From positions 1 through 45,307 of the forward strand of contig NIVC01004453.1 in assembly GCA_002269645.1 (NCBI GenBank): DNA of 45,307 nucleotides. Reading direction: 5' to 3'. The position numbers and the translations under genes are program-made. Positions 12,314 to 23,382 of this stretch are shown here, one piece after another. Under the pieces are notes generated by a model that worked only from the letters and a program-made list of their open reading frames with translations, ran no database searches and was not told where the DNA came from. Each line of letters begins with the position of its first letter. The stretch's first letter is position 1. The stretch is from Macrostomum lignano (lineage: Eukaryota).

Positions 12314-12430
12314 ATGGTTTGCGTGTCAGTACTAGCCGATGCACTGAATCGAATTGTGCACGCTGAAAAGAAGGGCAAACGCCAGGTCCTTCTCAGGCCT
12401 TCGTCAAAGGTTATCATTCGCTTTCTGCAG
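12314..12430 (+). CDS. RPS15A: 40S ribosomal protein S15a (uS8), coding exon 1
   Basis: [39 protein letters not shown] (39 codons), then donor CAG|GTAAAT, phase 0; upstream acceptor TTTTGCAG| at 12285. Confidence 0.96.
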
Positions 12431-12474
12431 GTAAATAGACTGATCAAATAAAATTGTATTTACCTCACTGTTTC

Positions 12475-14140
12475 GCATCATCGACATCATCATCATTCCA
12501 GTGTCTCATTATCATCATTCCAGTGTCTCATCATCATCCCAGTGTCTCATCATCATCATCCCAATGTCTCATCATCATATTCCAGTGTCTCATCATCATA
12601 TTCCAGTGTCTCATAATCATCATTCCAGTGTCTCATCATCATCCCAGTGTCTCAACATCATCATCCCAGTGTCTCACCATCATCATCATCCCAGTGTCTC
12701 ACCATCATCATCATCCCAGTGTCTCATCATCATCACCCCAGTGTCTCACTATCATTATCATCCCAGTGTCATCATCATATTCCAATGTCTCATCATCATA
12801 TTCCAATGTCTCATCATCATATTCCAGTGTCTCATCATCATCACCCCAGTGTCTCACTATCATTATCATCCCAGTGTCATCATCATATTCCAATGTCTCA
12901 TCATCATATTCCAATGTCTCATCATCATATTCCAGTGCATACATGCGCAACGTCCAAAATTCGGTCGGCCGTGCGACTTAGTTTTAACAAAAATGCGACA
13001 TAGTTTTTGGCCAAAAATGCGACTTACATGTAAAAAAACCCTAAAGCAAAATTAACGCAACTTTGGGTAAACGGCGGGAGTAACTATGACTGTCTTATCA
13101 GGCAAAAATGCCTCGTCAGCTACTTAGTACTATCTACGTGGCTTCATCATCGACCCTCGTGGCTGCACTAATTATCATCCAGTGTCTCATCATATTCCAG
13201 TGTCTCATCATCATATTCCAGTGTCTCATCATCATGCCAGTGTCTCATATCATCATCCCAGTGTCTCACTCATCATCCCAGTGTCTCATCTCATCATCAT
13301 CCCAGTGTCTCATCATCATCATCCCCAGTGTCTCACATCATCATCCCAGTGTCTCACTCTCATTATCATCCCAGTGTCTCATCATATTCCAATGTCTCAT
13401 CATCATATTCCAGTGTCTCATCATCATATTCCAGTGTCTCATCATCATATCCAGTGTCTCATCATCATCATCCCAGTGTCTCATCATCATCATCCCAGTG
13501 TCTCACATCATCATCCCAGTGTCTCACCATCATCATCCCAGTGTCTCACTCATCATTATCATCCCAGTGTCTCATCATCATCATCATCCAGTGTCTCATC
13601 ATCATCATCCCAGTGTCTCACTATCATCATCATCCCAGTGTCTCACTATCATCATCATCCCAGTGTCGCACTATCATCATCCCAGTGTCTCACCATCATC
13701 ATCATCCAGTGTCTCATCATCATCATCCCAGTGTCTCATCATCATCATCATCCCAGTGTCTCACATCATCATCATCCCAGTGTCTCACTATCATCATCAT
13801 CCCAGTGTCACTATCATCATCATCCCAGTGTCTCACCATCATCATCCCAGTGTCTCACATCATCATCATCCCAGTGTCTCATCATCATCATCATCCCAGT
13901 GTCTCACCATCATCATCCCAGTGTCTCACCATCATCATCATCCAGTGTCTCACTATCATCATCATCCCAGTGTCGCACATCATCATCCCAGTGTCTCACC
14001 ATCATCATCCCAGTGTCTCACATCATCATCCCAGTGTCTCATCATCATCCCAGTGTTCATCATCATCATCCCAGTGTCGCACTATCATCATCCCAGTGTC
14101 TCACCATCATCATCCCAGTGTCTCATCATCATCATCCTGA
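12475..14140 (+). repeat. Intronic minisatellite (CAT)n-CCCAGTGTCT, variable unit of ~16-25 bp
   Basis: Fills most of the 1772-bp RPS15A intron; interrupted by a unique island at ~12940-13190. Confidence 0.95.
13065..13128 (+). pseudogene. 64-bp fragment of eukaryotic 28S rRNA (helix 68-71 region, including helix 69)
   Basis: GGGTAAACGGCGGGAGTAACTATGACTGTCTTATCAGGCAAAAATGCCTCGTCAGCTACTTAGT versus the conserved LSU sequence GGGTAAACGGCGGGAGTAACTATGACTCTCTTAAGGTAGCCAAATGCCTCGTCATCTAATTAGT: 53/64 identical, ungapped. Confidence 0.9.
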
Positions 14141-14202
14141 CTCCTGTCTATCCGCCTCATTACCGCAGTTTTCTATCGCCCCCACCCCCACTCCACTCGC
14201 AG

Positions 14203-14478
14203 GTGATGCAGCGCAAGAACTACATCGGCGACTTCGAGGTCATTGACGATCACCGGTCCGGCAAAATCGTAGTAGAACTGAATGGCCGATTGAACAAGTG
14301 CAGCGTAGTCTCGCCTAGATACGATATCCACTTGAAAGATCTGGAAAAGTGGACTTCGGCTATTCTGCCATCGCGCCAGTTCGGCTTCATTGTGCTCACC
14401 ACCTCCGGCGGCATCATGGACCACGAGGAGGCCAGGCGGAAGCATCTGGGCGGCAAAATCTTGGGCTACTTTTTCTAG
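14203..14478 (+). CDS. RPS15A: 40S ribosomal protein S15a (uS8), coding exon 2
   Basis: Acceptor CCACTCGCAG|GTG; [33 protein letters not shown]...GGKILGYFF*; 39+91 = 130 aa, the canonical length. Confidence 0.97.
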   Translation: MMQRKNYIGDFEVIDDHRSGKIVVELNGRLNKCSVVSPRYDIHLKDLEKWTSAILPSRQFGFIVLTTSGGIMDHEEARRKHLGGKILGYFF

Positions 14479-14803
14479 CCTATTAATAACTCATTTAAAT
14501 CTGTTTTAGGTTTGCGAAATGTTCGATTCCCGTGTACCGTCTACTAATTGTAATGGAAAGTGTGTTGCTGTCGTTGATTGAATAATTAGACTGCGCGTCT
14601 GTTTAATGCGCCTTTCTGGCGACCTGGTTGGCTTGGAGACAAAAAATTTAAAGATAAAAAATGCTTTCCTCAGCTTAATAAGGCTTCTTTTATCGATGGG
14701 GGCACATTTTAGTAGATTTAGCAGGTACTCAACAATTAGTGCTTGACAAAATAGATTTCGCTATACGTATGACTGTAGTATGTACTTATTTACATCTGGC
14801 ACC

Positions 14804-14965
14804 GTGACTCTCGCATGTCAGACAAGAGACTGACTCTCCCATGTCAGACACTAGAGTGACTCTCGCATGTCAGACTAGACCAGACTGACTCTCGCATGTC
14901 GGATAGACTAGACTGACTCTCGCATGTCAGACTAGACTATAGACTGACTCTCGCACCTAAGACAG
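14804..14965. repeat. Short minisatellite GACTCTCGCATGTCAGAC(TAGAC), ~6 units, downstream of RPS15A
   Basis: Direct tandem units visible. Confidence 0.85.
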
Positions 14966-15419
14966 ACTGTTAGACACGGCCTGGCAATTGAAACTAGTAC
15001 TTGCAGAAATAAAAAAATAAAACAGCTGTAACGCAGCACTTTATAAAGTACTGATAGCTCTGTTTAGGTTGACTTAAAAAACTATCTACATTAGACATTG
15101 TCATTTTTGTCACAGCAATTTATTTGACTACATTATTCCAGATTGAGCTAACATATTAATTGTATTTATGAAACAAAATGCGCTAGAAACCTCGCAATAA
15201 ATAAGGGCACAGATTGTTGATATCAATAACTGTATGCAATATCGTGCGTCAATACATTACAAGCAAGCAGGAAAGATCAGCTAGATAAAAGGACACTAAT
15301 TTCTACCCAATCGGAAAGCAAATTCAAGCTTATCAAAGACTTTAATCTAAGATTTACTCAAAAGCCTCTACACAGATCTCGAAACCACCCGAAATTCGTA
15401 AAAAATCCTTAACTCGGTG

Positions 15420-15890
15420 ATTAATCGCTCTGAAATCCATGAGAAATCACCCTTGAAATTCACGATAAATCGCTCGCAATCTCAATGAGAAATCGGCCTC
15501 AAACTCTATGAGAAATCGCTCTCAAACTCCATGAGAAATCACCCTCAAAATTCACGATAAATCGCTCGCAATCTCGATGAGAAATCGGCCTCAAACTCGA
15601 TGAGAAATCGGCCTTAAACTCTATGAGAAATCGCTCTCAAACTCCATGAGAAATCATCCCCAAAATTCACGATAAATCGCTCGCAATCTCGATGAGAAAT
15701 CGGCCTTAAACTCTATGAGAAATCGCTCTCAAACTCCATGAGAAATCACCCCCAAAATTCACGATAAATCGCTCGCAATCTTGATGAGAAATCGGCCTCA
15801 AACTCTATGACAAATCGGCCTCAAAATCTATGAGAAATCGCTCTCAAACTCCATGAGAAATCGCCCTGCAACTTCGTGAAATATCGCCCT
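15420..15890. repeat. 23-bp minisatellite (GAGAAATCGCTCTCAAACTCCAT-like), ~20 units with recurring variant order
   Basis: Tandem 23-mers starting ~65 bp past the stop codon of the NERD1-like gene. Confidence 0.9.
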
Positions 15891-15953
15891 CACAATGCTT
15901 TAAGAAGCAGAGTTTAAACTCCTTAAAAACCTTATTAAAACAAGCCCTCCAAT

Positions 15954-16432
15954 TCAAAACATGAAAAAGGCCAGCGCTAGACAAGCCAGCAAAGCCACCG
16001 AGCAAATCAGCAGAATCCACTGCCAGTCCGGTGGCAGCTGGCTCAGCCGGAATCTCAGCAGCATCCGCCTGCAGGACAGCGCAATCTCTTGACTACTATC
16101 AGTAGCAGAGTCTAACACTACAGGCGGCGCCGCCGGTTCGCATGGCAACGTGTGCGACGCTAAAATACGACCATCTTTAGCGTCGACAACAGCGACGCGA
16201 CTGTTGCCAATGGCAACAACAACAGTTAACTGGTTTCGATTGGACTTGACTTGCCAGCCAATCAAATACGGGCCGCTGTCGCCGCTGCCGTCCCAGCGCG
16301 ACTCGGTGGCCACGCGCCAGCGAAGCTGATCGCCGATGCTCTTGAAAGTGAACCCACCGCCGATGCCGACGTGAGCCGATAAGATGCCGTCGCCGGACAG
16401 GATGACAACAATGCGACTGGACTTGGGAAAAC
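15954..16432 (-). CDS. NERD1/At3g51050-like FG-GAP membrane protein, exon 4 (last)
   Basis: Acceptor AATAATCCAG|, phase 1; GFPKSSRIVVILSGDGILSAH...LRWRVATESRWD...VAVVDAKDGRILASHTLPCEPAAPPVVLD and a C-terminal TM helix; resembles the remembered NERD1 C-terminus (VIFLTNRGEV..WQWQLQTEATW..GSILASIELPSQPTHALITDDF..TM). Confidence 0.8.
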
Positions 16433-16559
16433 CTGGATTATTGGGAATTAGAAAAGAATTGAAATATAAAAAATATTTTGAATCCCACAGTTTACTGAAG
16501 CCACCTGTTCACAAACTGAAGCGTCCTCTTGTGAAACTATGTAAAGCTGTTTTTTTGGA

Positions 16560-18250
16560 AACAGTTTTTGAAAACTAGAAACTGTTTCTTGGAAACAAAC
16601 TAGAGGCTGCTTCTTGGAAACAAACTAGAAGCTAGTTCGTGGAAACTCGAAGCACTTTCGTGGCAACAACACTAAATCTGTTTCTAGGAAAAAACTAAAA
16701 GCTGTTTCTTGGAAAAAAACTAGAAGCTGTTTCTTGGAAAAAAAACTAGAAGCTGTTTCTTGGAAAAAAACTAGAAGCTGTTTCTTGGAAACAAACTAGA
16801 AGCTGTTTCTTGGAAACAAACTAGAAGCTGTTTCTTGGAAACAAACTAGAAGCTGCTTCGTGGAAACTCGAAGCACTTTTGTGGAAAAAACACTAAATCT
16901 GTTTCTTGGAAAAAAACTAGAAGCTGTTTCTTGGAAAAAAACTAGAAGCTGTTTCTTGGAAAAAAACTAGAAGCTGTTTCTTGGAAAAAAACTAGAAGCT
17001 GTTTCTTGGAAACAAACTAGAAGCTGTTTCTTGGAAACAAACTAGAAGCTGTTTCTTGGAAACAAACTAGAAGCTAGTTCGTGGAAACTCGAAGCACTTT
17101 TGTGGAAAAAACACTAAATCTGTTTCTTGGAAAAAACTAGAAGCTGTTTCTTGGAAAAAAACTAGAAGCTGTTTCTTGGAAAAAAACTAGAAGCTGTTTC
17201 TTGGAAAAAAACTAGAAGCTGTTTCTTGGAAACAAACTAGAAGCTGTTTCTTGGAAACAAACTAGAAGCTGTTTCTTGGAAACAAACTAGAAGCTGCTTC
17301 GTGGAAACTCGAAGCACTTTTGTGGAAAAAACACTAAATCTGTTTCTTGGAAAAAACTAGAAGCTGTTTCTTGGAAACAAACTAGAAGCTAGTTCGTGGA
17401 AAAAAACTAGAAGCTGTTTCTTGGAAAAAAACTAGAAGCTGTTTCTTGGAAACAAACTAGAAGCTGTTTCTTGGAAACAAACTAGAAGCTGTTTCTTGGA
17501 AACAAACTAGAAGCTGCTTCGTGGAAACTCGAAGCACTTTTGTGGAAAAAACACTAAATCTGTTTCTTGGAAAAAACTAGAAGCTGTTTCTTGGAAACAA
17601 ACTAGAAGCTAGTTCGTGGAAACTCGAAGCACTTTCGTGGAAACAACACTAAATATGTTTCTAGGAAAAAAGTAGAAGCTGTTTCTTGGAAAAAAACTAG
17701 AAGCTGTTTCTTGGAAAAAACTAGAAGCTGTTTCTTGGAAAAAACTAGAAGCTGTTTCTTGGAAACAAACTAGAAGCTAGTTCGTGGAAACTCGAAGCAC
17801 TTTCGTGGAAACAACACTAAATCTGTTTCTAGGAAAAAACTAGAAGCTGTTTCTTGGAAAAAACTAGAAGCTGTTTCTTGGAAAAAACTAGAAGCTGTTT
17901 CTTGGAAAAAACTAGAAGCTGTTTCTTGGAAAAAACTAGAAGCTGTTTCTTGGAAAAAACTAGAAGCTGTTTCTTGGAAACAAACTAAAAGCTGTTTCTT
18001 GGAAACAAACTAGAAGCTGTTTCTTGGAAACAAACTAGAAGCTAGTTCGTGGAAACTCGAAGCACTTTCGTGGAAACAACACTAAATCTGTTTCTTGGAA
18101 ACGATCTCAATGCTATTCTTAGAAACAACACCAGAATTGTTTCTTGGAAACTCGAAGCCGTTATGTAAAAACAGCATCAAAGCCGTTTCTTGGAATCTAT
18201 TCCGAACTCGTGCGAAAATCTTGCGATAGTCTTTCTTGGAAAATGTCCTG
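16560..18250. repeat. Intronic 24-25-bp minisatellite GGAAA(A/C)AAACTAGAAGCTGTTTCTT with periodic variant cassettes
   Basis: Fills intron 3 of the NERD1-like gene; variant GGAAACTCGAAGCACTTT recurs every several units; units degenerate at both edges. Confidence 0.95.
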
Positions 18251-18305
18251 ACTAACCTCTTCAAAAATTATCTCAAATCTTTGCCGTAAAACAATATTCT
18301 CTCAC

Positions 18306-18630
18306 CAAGCAGGTGTCCCAGCAAGTCTCTCCAACCGCCCTGCTGTCCCGGCGGTGTCGGCAGCAGCAGAGGCACCGCCGGCGTCAAACCAGCCGTCGTC
18401 GACTCCTCAACCGATTCGCACAGATTCTCAAACCGACGCACCCTATCGGGCCGATCTTCAACGCTGGCCGCCTCGGCTGTGCAATTCGGTCCCAAGCCGA
18501 CTCGAATAGCTCGGTCGTCTCGACTGTCAACAATGTCGTAGGCTCCCGGCCGGCCGTCGAGTAGAAGCCGGTGAAGCCTGACTCCGCTGCTCGGATCGTA
18601 GAGATCGATGGAGTCGCCAAGGCGAAGTGC
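18306..18630 (-). CDS. NERD1-like protein, exon 3
   Basis: ALRLGDSIDLYDPSSGVRLHRLLLDGRPGAYDIVD...GPNCTAEAASV...LTPAVPLLLP...; donor CTTG|GTGAGA, phase 1; acceptor uncertain (CTCTAAG| at 18631 keeps frame; a CAG at 18648 would need a different donor). Confidence 0.7.
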
Positions 18631-18704
18631 CTTAGAGAATTGTACATCTGGGGAGAATTAATACCCATTGAGCATTATAGAACAAGGAACATAACGCAAC
18701 CCAC

Positions 18705-18925
18705 CAACTGTTTTCCAACAGTTGCAGTCTCAATCGCCAATGGCATTCTTCCCATTCCAGCATCCGCTCCTATGTCAGGCAGCTGGGCCAGCACTCGATG
18801 CGGCCAGCTAGCCAGGGTTCTAAGCGACGTCTTCAGCGGCTGCCGATCAAGGCCAACTAGCCAGCCATCTCCAGCGTGGCTGATCCAAGCCATCTCATTC
18901 AGCTCCGGCTGCTTGCCATGCTCAC
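18705..18925 (-). CDS. NERD1-like protein, exon 2
   Basis: Acceptor CCCATTTACAG|, phase 1; GEHGKQPELNEMAWISH...HRVLAQLPDIGADAGMGRMPLAIETATVGKQL; donor TTG|GTGGGT; compare NERD1 RVLAE..LLPDKIRVASGRRAVAMATG. Confidence 0.75.
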
Positions 18926-19259
18926 CTGTAAATGGGAAACGATTTTTCTACAGGATGTTAGATTTTTCTAGGTTAATGCGGGCGACATTTTTCGGCGGTG
19001 TGAGAAATTTAACTAGTCAAATTTTTATTCGTCTACTTTTCTCAGTAGTCTAAATTGAATCTTTTACATGGAGATTGAAAGAGAGGTGGCCCTTACAAGG
19101 GCCGTTTTTCGCCGTTAAATAAGCTGCGATCGGCAATTCAAGGATTAAAAAAGTAATTAAGCTCTTTTAGAGGAATGATTATTCTAAATGCCAAGATTCG
19201 TTTACTTTTTTCCTTAGGTTTTGCCTAAAATAATTAATTAGAACTTACAAATTATTTAC

Positions 19260-19509
19260 CTTTAAGCTTATTCGCACTATTAAATTGAGCAGGCACCGGA
19301 GTCAATAGAAACTGCTTAGCAACAAAATCTGCATTGGCTTCACCATCAAGATCGAAATAGGCTGTGGGCACCAGCTCCCAGTCAGACTGATGCTCACTAG
19401 CTAAACGATATGCAAATGCAGCAAATAATATGCAGGCAATTTGTAATTTTGACAAATAGCTGCGTTTTGCTGGCTGACTCTGCTGGCGCTGGGTGGCCTG
19501 TGTTGGCAT
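19260..19509 (-). CDS. NERD1-like protein, exon 1 (start may instead be the ATG at 19575)
   Basis: MPTQ...KLQIACILFAAFAYRLASEHQSDWELVPTAYFDLD...FLLTPVPAQFN; N-terminal hydrophobic segment like NERD1 (DLAILMLSGFAIFFTLQHEGDF...LPPPIVADLN); donor AAAG|GTAAAT, phase 1. Confidence 0.75.
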
Positions 19510-19869
19510 TGATGACAGTCGCTGCTGATGCCTTGACCTTCTATTAGATCCCTGCTGCTGGTGCACAGTTTCCATAAGAACACATGAAAAAGTTAAGTTA
19601 ACAGCATAGAGAATACATTAAATAGCTGTCAATAAAGACAGAAGACTGCAAGCAAATTTATTGATAGATCTAATACTTAAGGATTGTTAGGTAAACAAAA
19701 ATGTTTGTTCCTGTTATCCTGTGCAACTATGCACTTGAAATAAAAGTTTACCTAAGTTATAAAAAATTTATTCATATGCTTTTTAGATTTACTCTAATAG
19801 GGGATCTACTTCTCTATCTTCTATACATATAAAAATGAAAACTGGTCAGGTTGGTAAAGACAGAAGTAG

Positions 19870-20150
19870 GCAGAAGTTGGGGTGGTTGGTTGTCTTGCTA
19901 AAAATGAAAAGTAGCTTTAAAAAGGCATAGTATTATTTAAGAATAACTTCAAGAAAGACTCAATTGCACTTTTTATCACTTTTTCACTTTAGATAAAAAG
20001 ACTTTAATTTAGGAAAATTAAAGATAACCTATGATGTTCTTTGTAGTCAGTTTAGAGCAGGCACAAAATTGGATATCATTTAGTTAGGTTGTTTTGGAGT
20101 TCAAAGTAATGCAACTTTATATAGACATATATAGTCAGTGTATTTATATA
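19870..20150 (-). mobile_element. Old, degenerate 5' fragment related to the Helitron-like family
   Basis: 19985-20105 aligns by eye with 10420-10537 (AAGACTT..TAGGAAA..AAAGATA.CCTA.GA..TTCT...TAGT.AGTTTAG); a further TCTATACATATAAAAATG 5'-end-like word lies at ~19820. Confidence 0.5.
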
Positions 20151-20220
20151 TGTATCTATAGATCTATAGATTATACATAGATTATATATAATTTTCATAG
20201 AATAGGCCTATAATCTACTT

Positions 20221-21151
20221 CAGTAATAGCCATTTTGGTAACAGCCATTTTGGTAACAAAGCAGATTTATAACTACTGATGCTATACTTTATGGTAATTA
20301 ACTTAGGCAACTATTCCAGTTTAATAATTAACATTTTAACTATTTTATTGCCAATTATAGTTTAAGTTTCTAGTTAAACTAAATTATAATTTGTTTAAAT
20401 TTGTATATTAACTTTGTAAAAAAATTAAGGTGGCAAATGTAGCCATATATTCCAGAGTTTAAATTTCTGCCAACTATAGAAAACTTTATTAGTTGAAGAA
20501 ACTTGATTTATTAGCTTGAATTTATAGACTTGACTGCGCGAGGGGAGGCAGGGTAAAAGATGCAGCTTAGACAATCCTACCCAATTGGTTTTTGCTGGCA
20601 GAATAGGCACTAAGCATTCATTGGTTAGGGCTCATTATTGGTGTTTACAGCCAATCAGAAATGAGAAGAAATTTTGCAAAAGTCTATATGTAGGGGTAGG
20701 GTGACACAGAAAGAAATATGGAAAAAACAACTAAAAATATTAGAAGTGCATGCTGCATGCACATGCAAATTGAATACTATTACACAAAGAACATTATGCA
20801 AGTAAGCAAGTTGAAAATTGAAATTTTGAAGTAAGTAATTGTAAATGAAGACAAAAGTAAATTCTATAAAAGAAGTCACTAACTTAGATTTCTAAATCTA
20901 GGTACACAATATTTGGTCAATAGGATGTCTCAGCTTATACATACATCTGGCACACCTGGAAATTAAAATTAAAATATATGTAGATTAAAATATGCATAGC
21001 TTTCTGCATCAATCCAAATCTTAAAGTTTGCAAGAATGTAACTCAATTGTTTTTTGTTGTTCTTTCTATAAAGTTTGTTTGCAACATCTTTTTGAGCATA
21101 TAAATTAATACATACTATTATTTCCACTTGTTACCAAAGTGGCTATTACTG
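20221..21151. mobile_element. TIR-bounded element (~930 bp)
   Basis: CAGTAATAGCCATTTTGGTAACA at 20221 is the near-perfect reverse complement of TGTTACCAAAGTGGCTATTACTG ending at 21151; no TSD found. Confidence 0.45.
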
Positions 21152-21287
21152 AAATGGCCAATTTGGTCAAAAGCAATTTTAAAATGCAAATATTTAGTGT
21201 GTGACGTTGTCAGTTTAAGTAGCCCCGCCAAGGGCCATTTTAGCATATGGTACCAATCTATAATATTGTTGGTTTCGTACTCTCAGA

Positions 21288-21483
21288 CAGTGGTGGATCC
21301 TGGGGGGGGGGGCCAAGGGGGCCATGGCCCCCCTCAGTTGCCTCGAAAAAAAATTCTGCTCTTGGTCCTTGGCCCCCTTCTACTCGTAAGTAAAGAAAGG
21401 GCTTAGGTCTTGGGGTGGGTTCCTACTTGGGGCAGTATGAAAAAATTTGGCCCCCCCTCAAGAAATTCCTGGATCCGCGCCTG
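21288..21483. mobile_element. hAT-type MITE (196 bp)
   Basis: TIR CAGTGGTGGATCC / GGATCCGCGCCTG; 8-bp TSD CTCTCAGA (21280-21287) / CTCTCACA (21484-21491), 7/8 match. Confidence 0.75.
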
Positions 21484-22215
21484 CTCTCACATCTGCTTAA
21501 AGTAGTGTCCAAGGAATTTCAATCAGCTTACATACATTTGTAAAGCCTGCATACAGTGTGCGATCAATAATTTTTGTGTTGTTTCTTTTCAGCTAGCCAA
21601 TAGAAAAGCTGCACATTAATTATGTTAAGTTCTCCTCCTTGCATGCCTACCCCAGCCCACTCCTTACTAGTCTTGTCTGGCTAGGTACTTGGGGTTACTC
21701 CTACATCAAACCCTACCCTGCCCCTGTGCTGCTCTGCCTGCCTTTGGGCTCTCACTCCTTGTTTACTTACCTTCTCTCTCTACCTCACTCCACCATGGCT
21801 CTAGCCACGCCTTAGCCATGCCACTTTTACTGTCTGTTTGAGCTCTCATTACAAGCACCACTACTGCACAATCATTGCCGTTGCTTTGTCACAATTGCCT
21901 CAAACTCATCAATCACCTCTGCCTTCTACTATCTAACTTATTGTTGTGTAGCTGCCAGCCAGTGCATCGTTTATGAATTCAACTAGTACCAAACCTAACT
22001 TTTCACTCACTCATATGTCACAATAAACAAAATCTGTGGCCAATGGCCATTGCTTGCATTAGTTGCCATTATTGCCAAGTGCTATGGCTAGGCCTACAAA
22101 ATTGCCTCTACCATATTTGTCTTGTCAATTATTTTTCAAGGCTGCCACATTATTGTCACAATGGGAGTGGTGTTGGGTGCTGCGCTGCTCACAGGACAAT
22201 GGACAAGCAGAGTGG

Positions 22216-22382
22216 CACCCAACAGCAATAGGCTAGATGGGAATAAAGCTTAAAAATCTCCCATCTAGCTGGTAAAAAGTTTGTCTGTTAAGCTTTTTCT
22301 TAACAGATTCTCAACTGATTTTTCCAGGCTAGATGGGAGATTTTTTAAGCTTTTTCCCCATCCAGCCTATTGCCATTGGGTG
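22216..22382. repeat. Nested palindrome: an inverted repeat whose two arms are each hairpins
   Basis: CACCCAACAGCAATAGGCTAGATGGGA..TCCCATCTAGCT on the left mirrors AGGCTAGATGGGA..CCCCATCCAGCCTATTGCCATTGGGTG on the right. Confidence 0.7.
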
Positions 22383-23382
22383 GATGCATGCAAATTTGGC
22401 AACAAACAAATTTGGTGACAGAGATTCACAATGGACTAATTCGGCGAAAGTGAATTTGGCGACAATCTAGGCAAATTCGGCGACACGTCTTTTTATAGCT
22501 AGCCTAAAGACAAGTTAAAGCAAATGAGGTGGAGGTGAAGAAAGAAAATTAAACTTGGGGTTTGACTTGAAATTGGTCGGTTGCTGACACCATGAATGAG
22601 GTGGGGGCGGATAGCTGATGGTCACCTAGGGGTGATGGTGAGTCATCATGCAGAATCGTGCCATTTGCTACATTTGTTATATACATTAGCTATGTGCATT
22701 TTAATTTTTAACATTGGTTTACGTCGGTAAGATAAGAACCTATTTGCCAAAGTTATTTACGTTACAATTTATAAAAAAATTAGAAAAAATAAAAATAATA
22801 CATAACTAAGGCTAAGTACTAAATAGCATTTTAATTTCTCGATATAAATTGGCTTTGCCTATCACTAGAGTAGTTCTGTGCCTGTGCCACTACCACAGGG
22901 GCCAGCCTAGCGCTAGCGGGCAATTTCCTGTGGTTGTGTGGTTGCAATGGTGCCTTCTTTCCTGTAAACCTTGACGCTCAAGTTTTAGACAAAAAATCAC
23001 ACGACAAAACAAAAAGAGTTTACAAACAAAATCAACTATAAGCTAACTATAAACTTTGAACAACGACGTAATTTTTTATTTAAATTGAATACATATAAGC
23101 ATAAGCTGATAATTAAAACTTTTTAAATTAGTTCGTCGTCATCTCAACGTGTCATTTATTATTTCATCAGTCAGTCCATCCATATTATCGTTCGACGATA
23201 AATAAACATTCATATGAGTTTTCTGACACACTAATAACACCTTACCCATTACTACGAGTGCCGTCTCCTTTTATAGTCATTACTTATCATCTCAATTGCT
23301 AACTTTTTTATCCTTGTAACCAGACAAAACCTTTCGTACTTTCTTATTTGGCTTATTTATAAATAAGTCAGACGAGAGATCC

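Noticed and set aside
13065-13128. Functional rRNA gene or snoRNA guide
   Set aside because: Only 64 bp of similarity; it is sense to rRNA, whereas guides are antisense; no convincing C/D or H/ACA boxes seen
13108-14202. 365-codon His/Ile/Ser-rich N-terminal extension of RPS15A (456-aa ORF)
   Set aside because: The repeat lacks stops on the + strand in all frames; canonical splicing gives the exact 130-aa protein
16560-18250. CRISPR-like repeat/spacer array (also considered for 30450-33545 and 38805-39965)
   Set aside because: The interspersed cassettes are recurring variants of the unit, not unique spacers; eukaryotic intronic context; no cas genes
18313-19053. Plus-strand ORFs of 83 and 160 aa
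   Set aside because: Antisense shadows of the GC-rich NERD1-like exons
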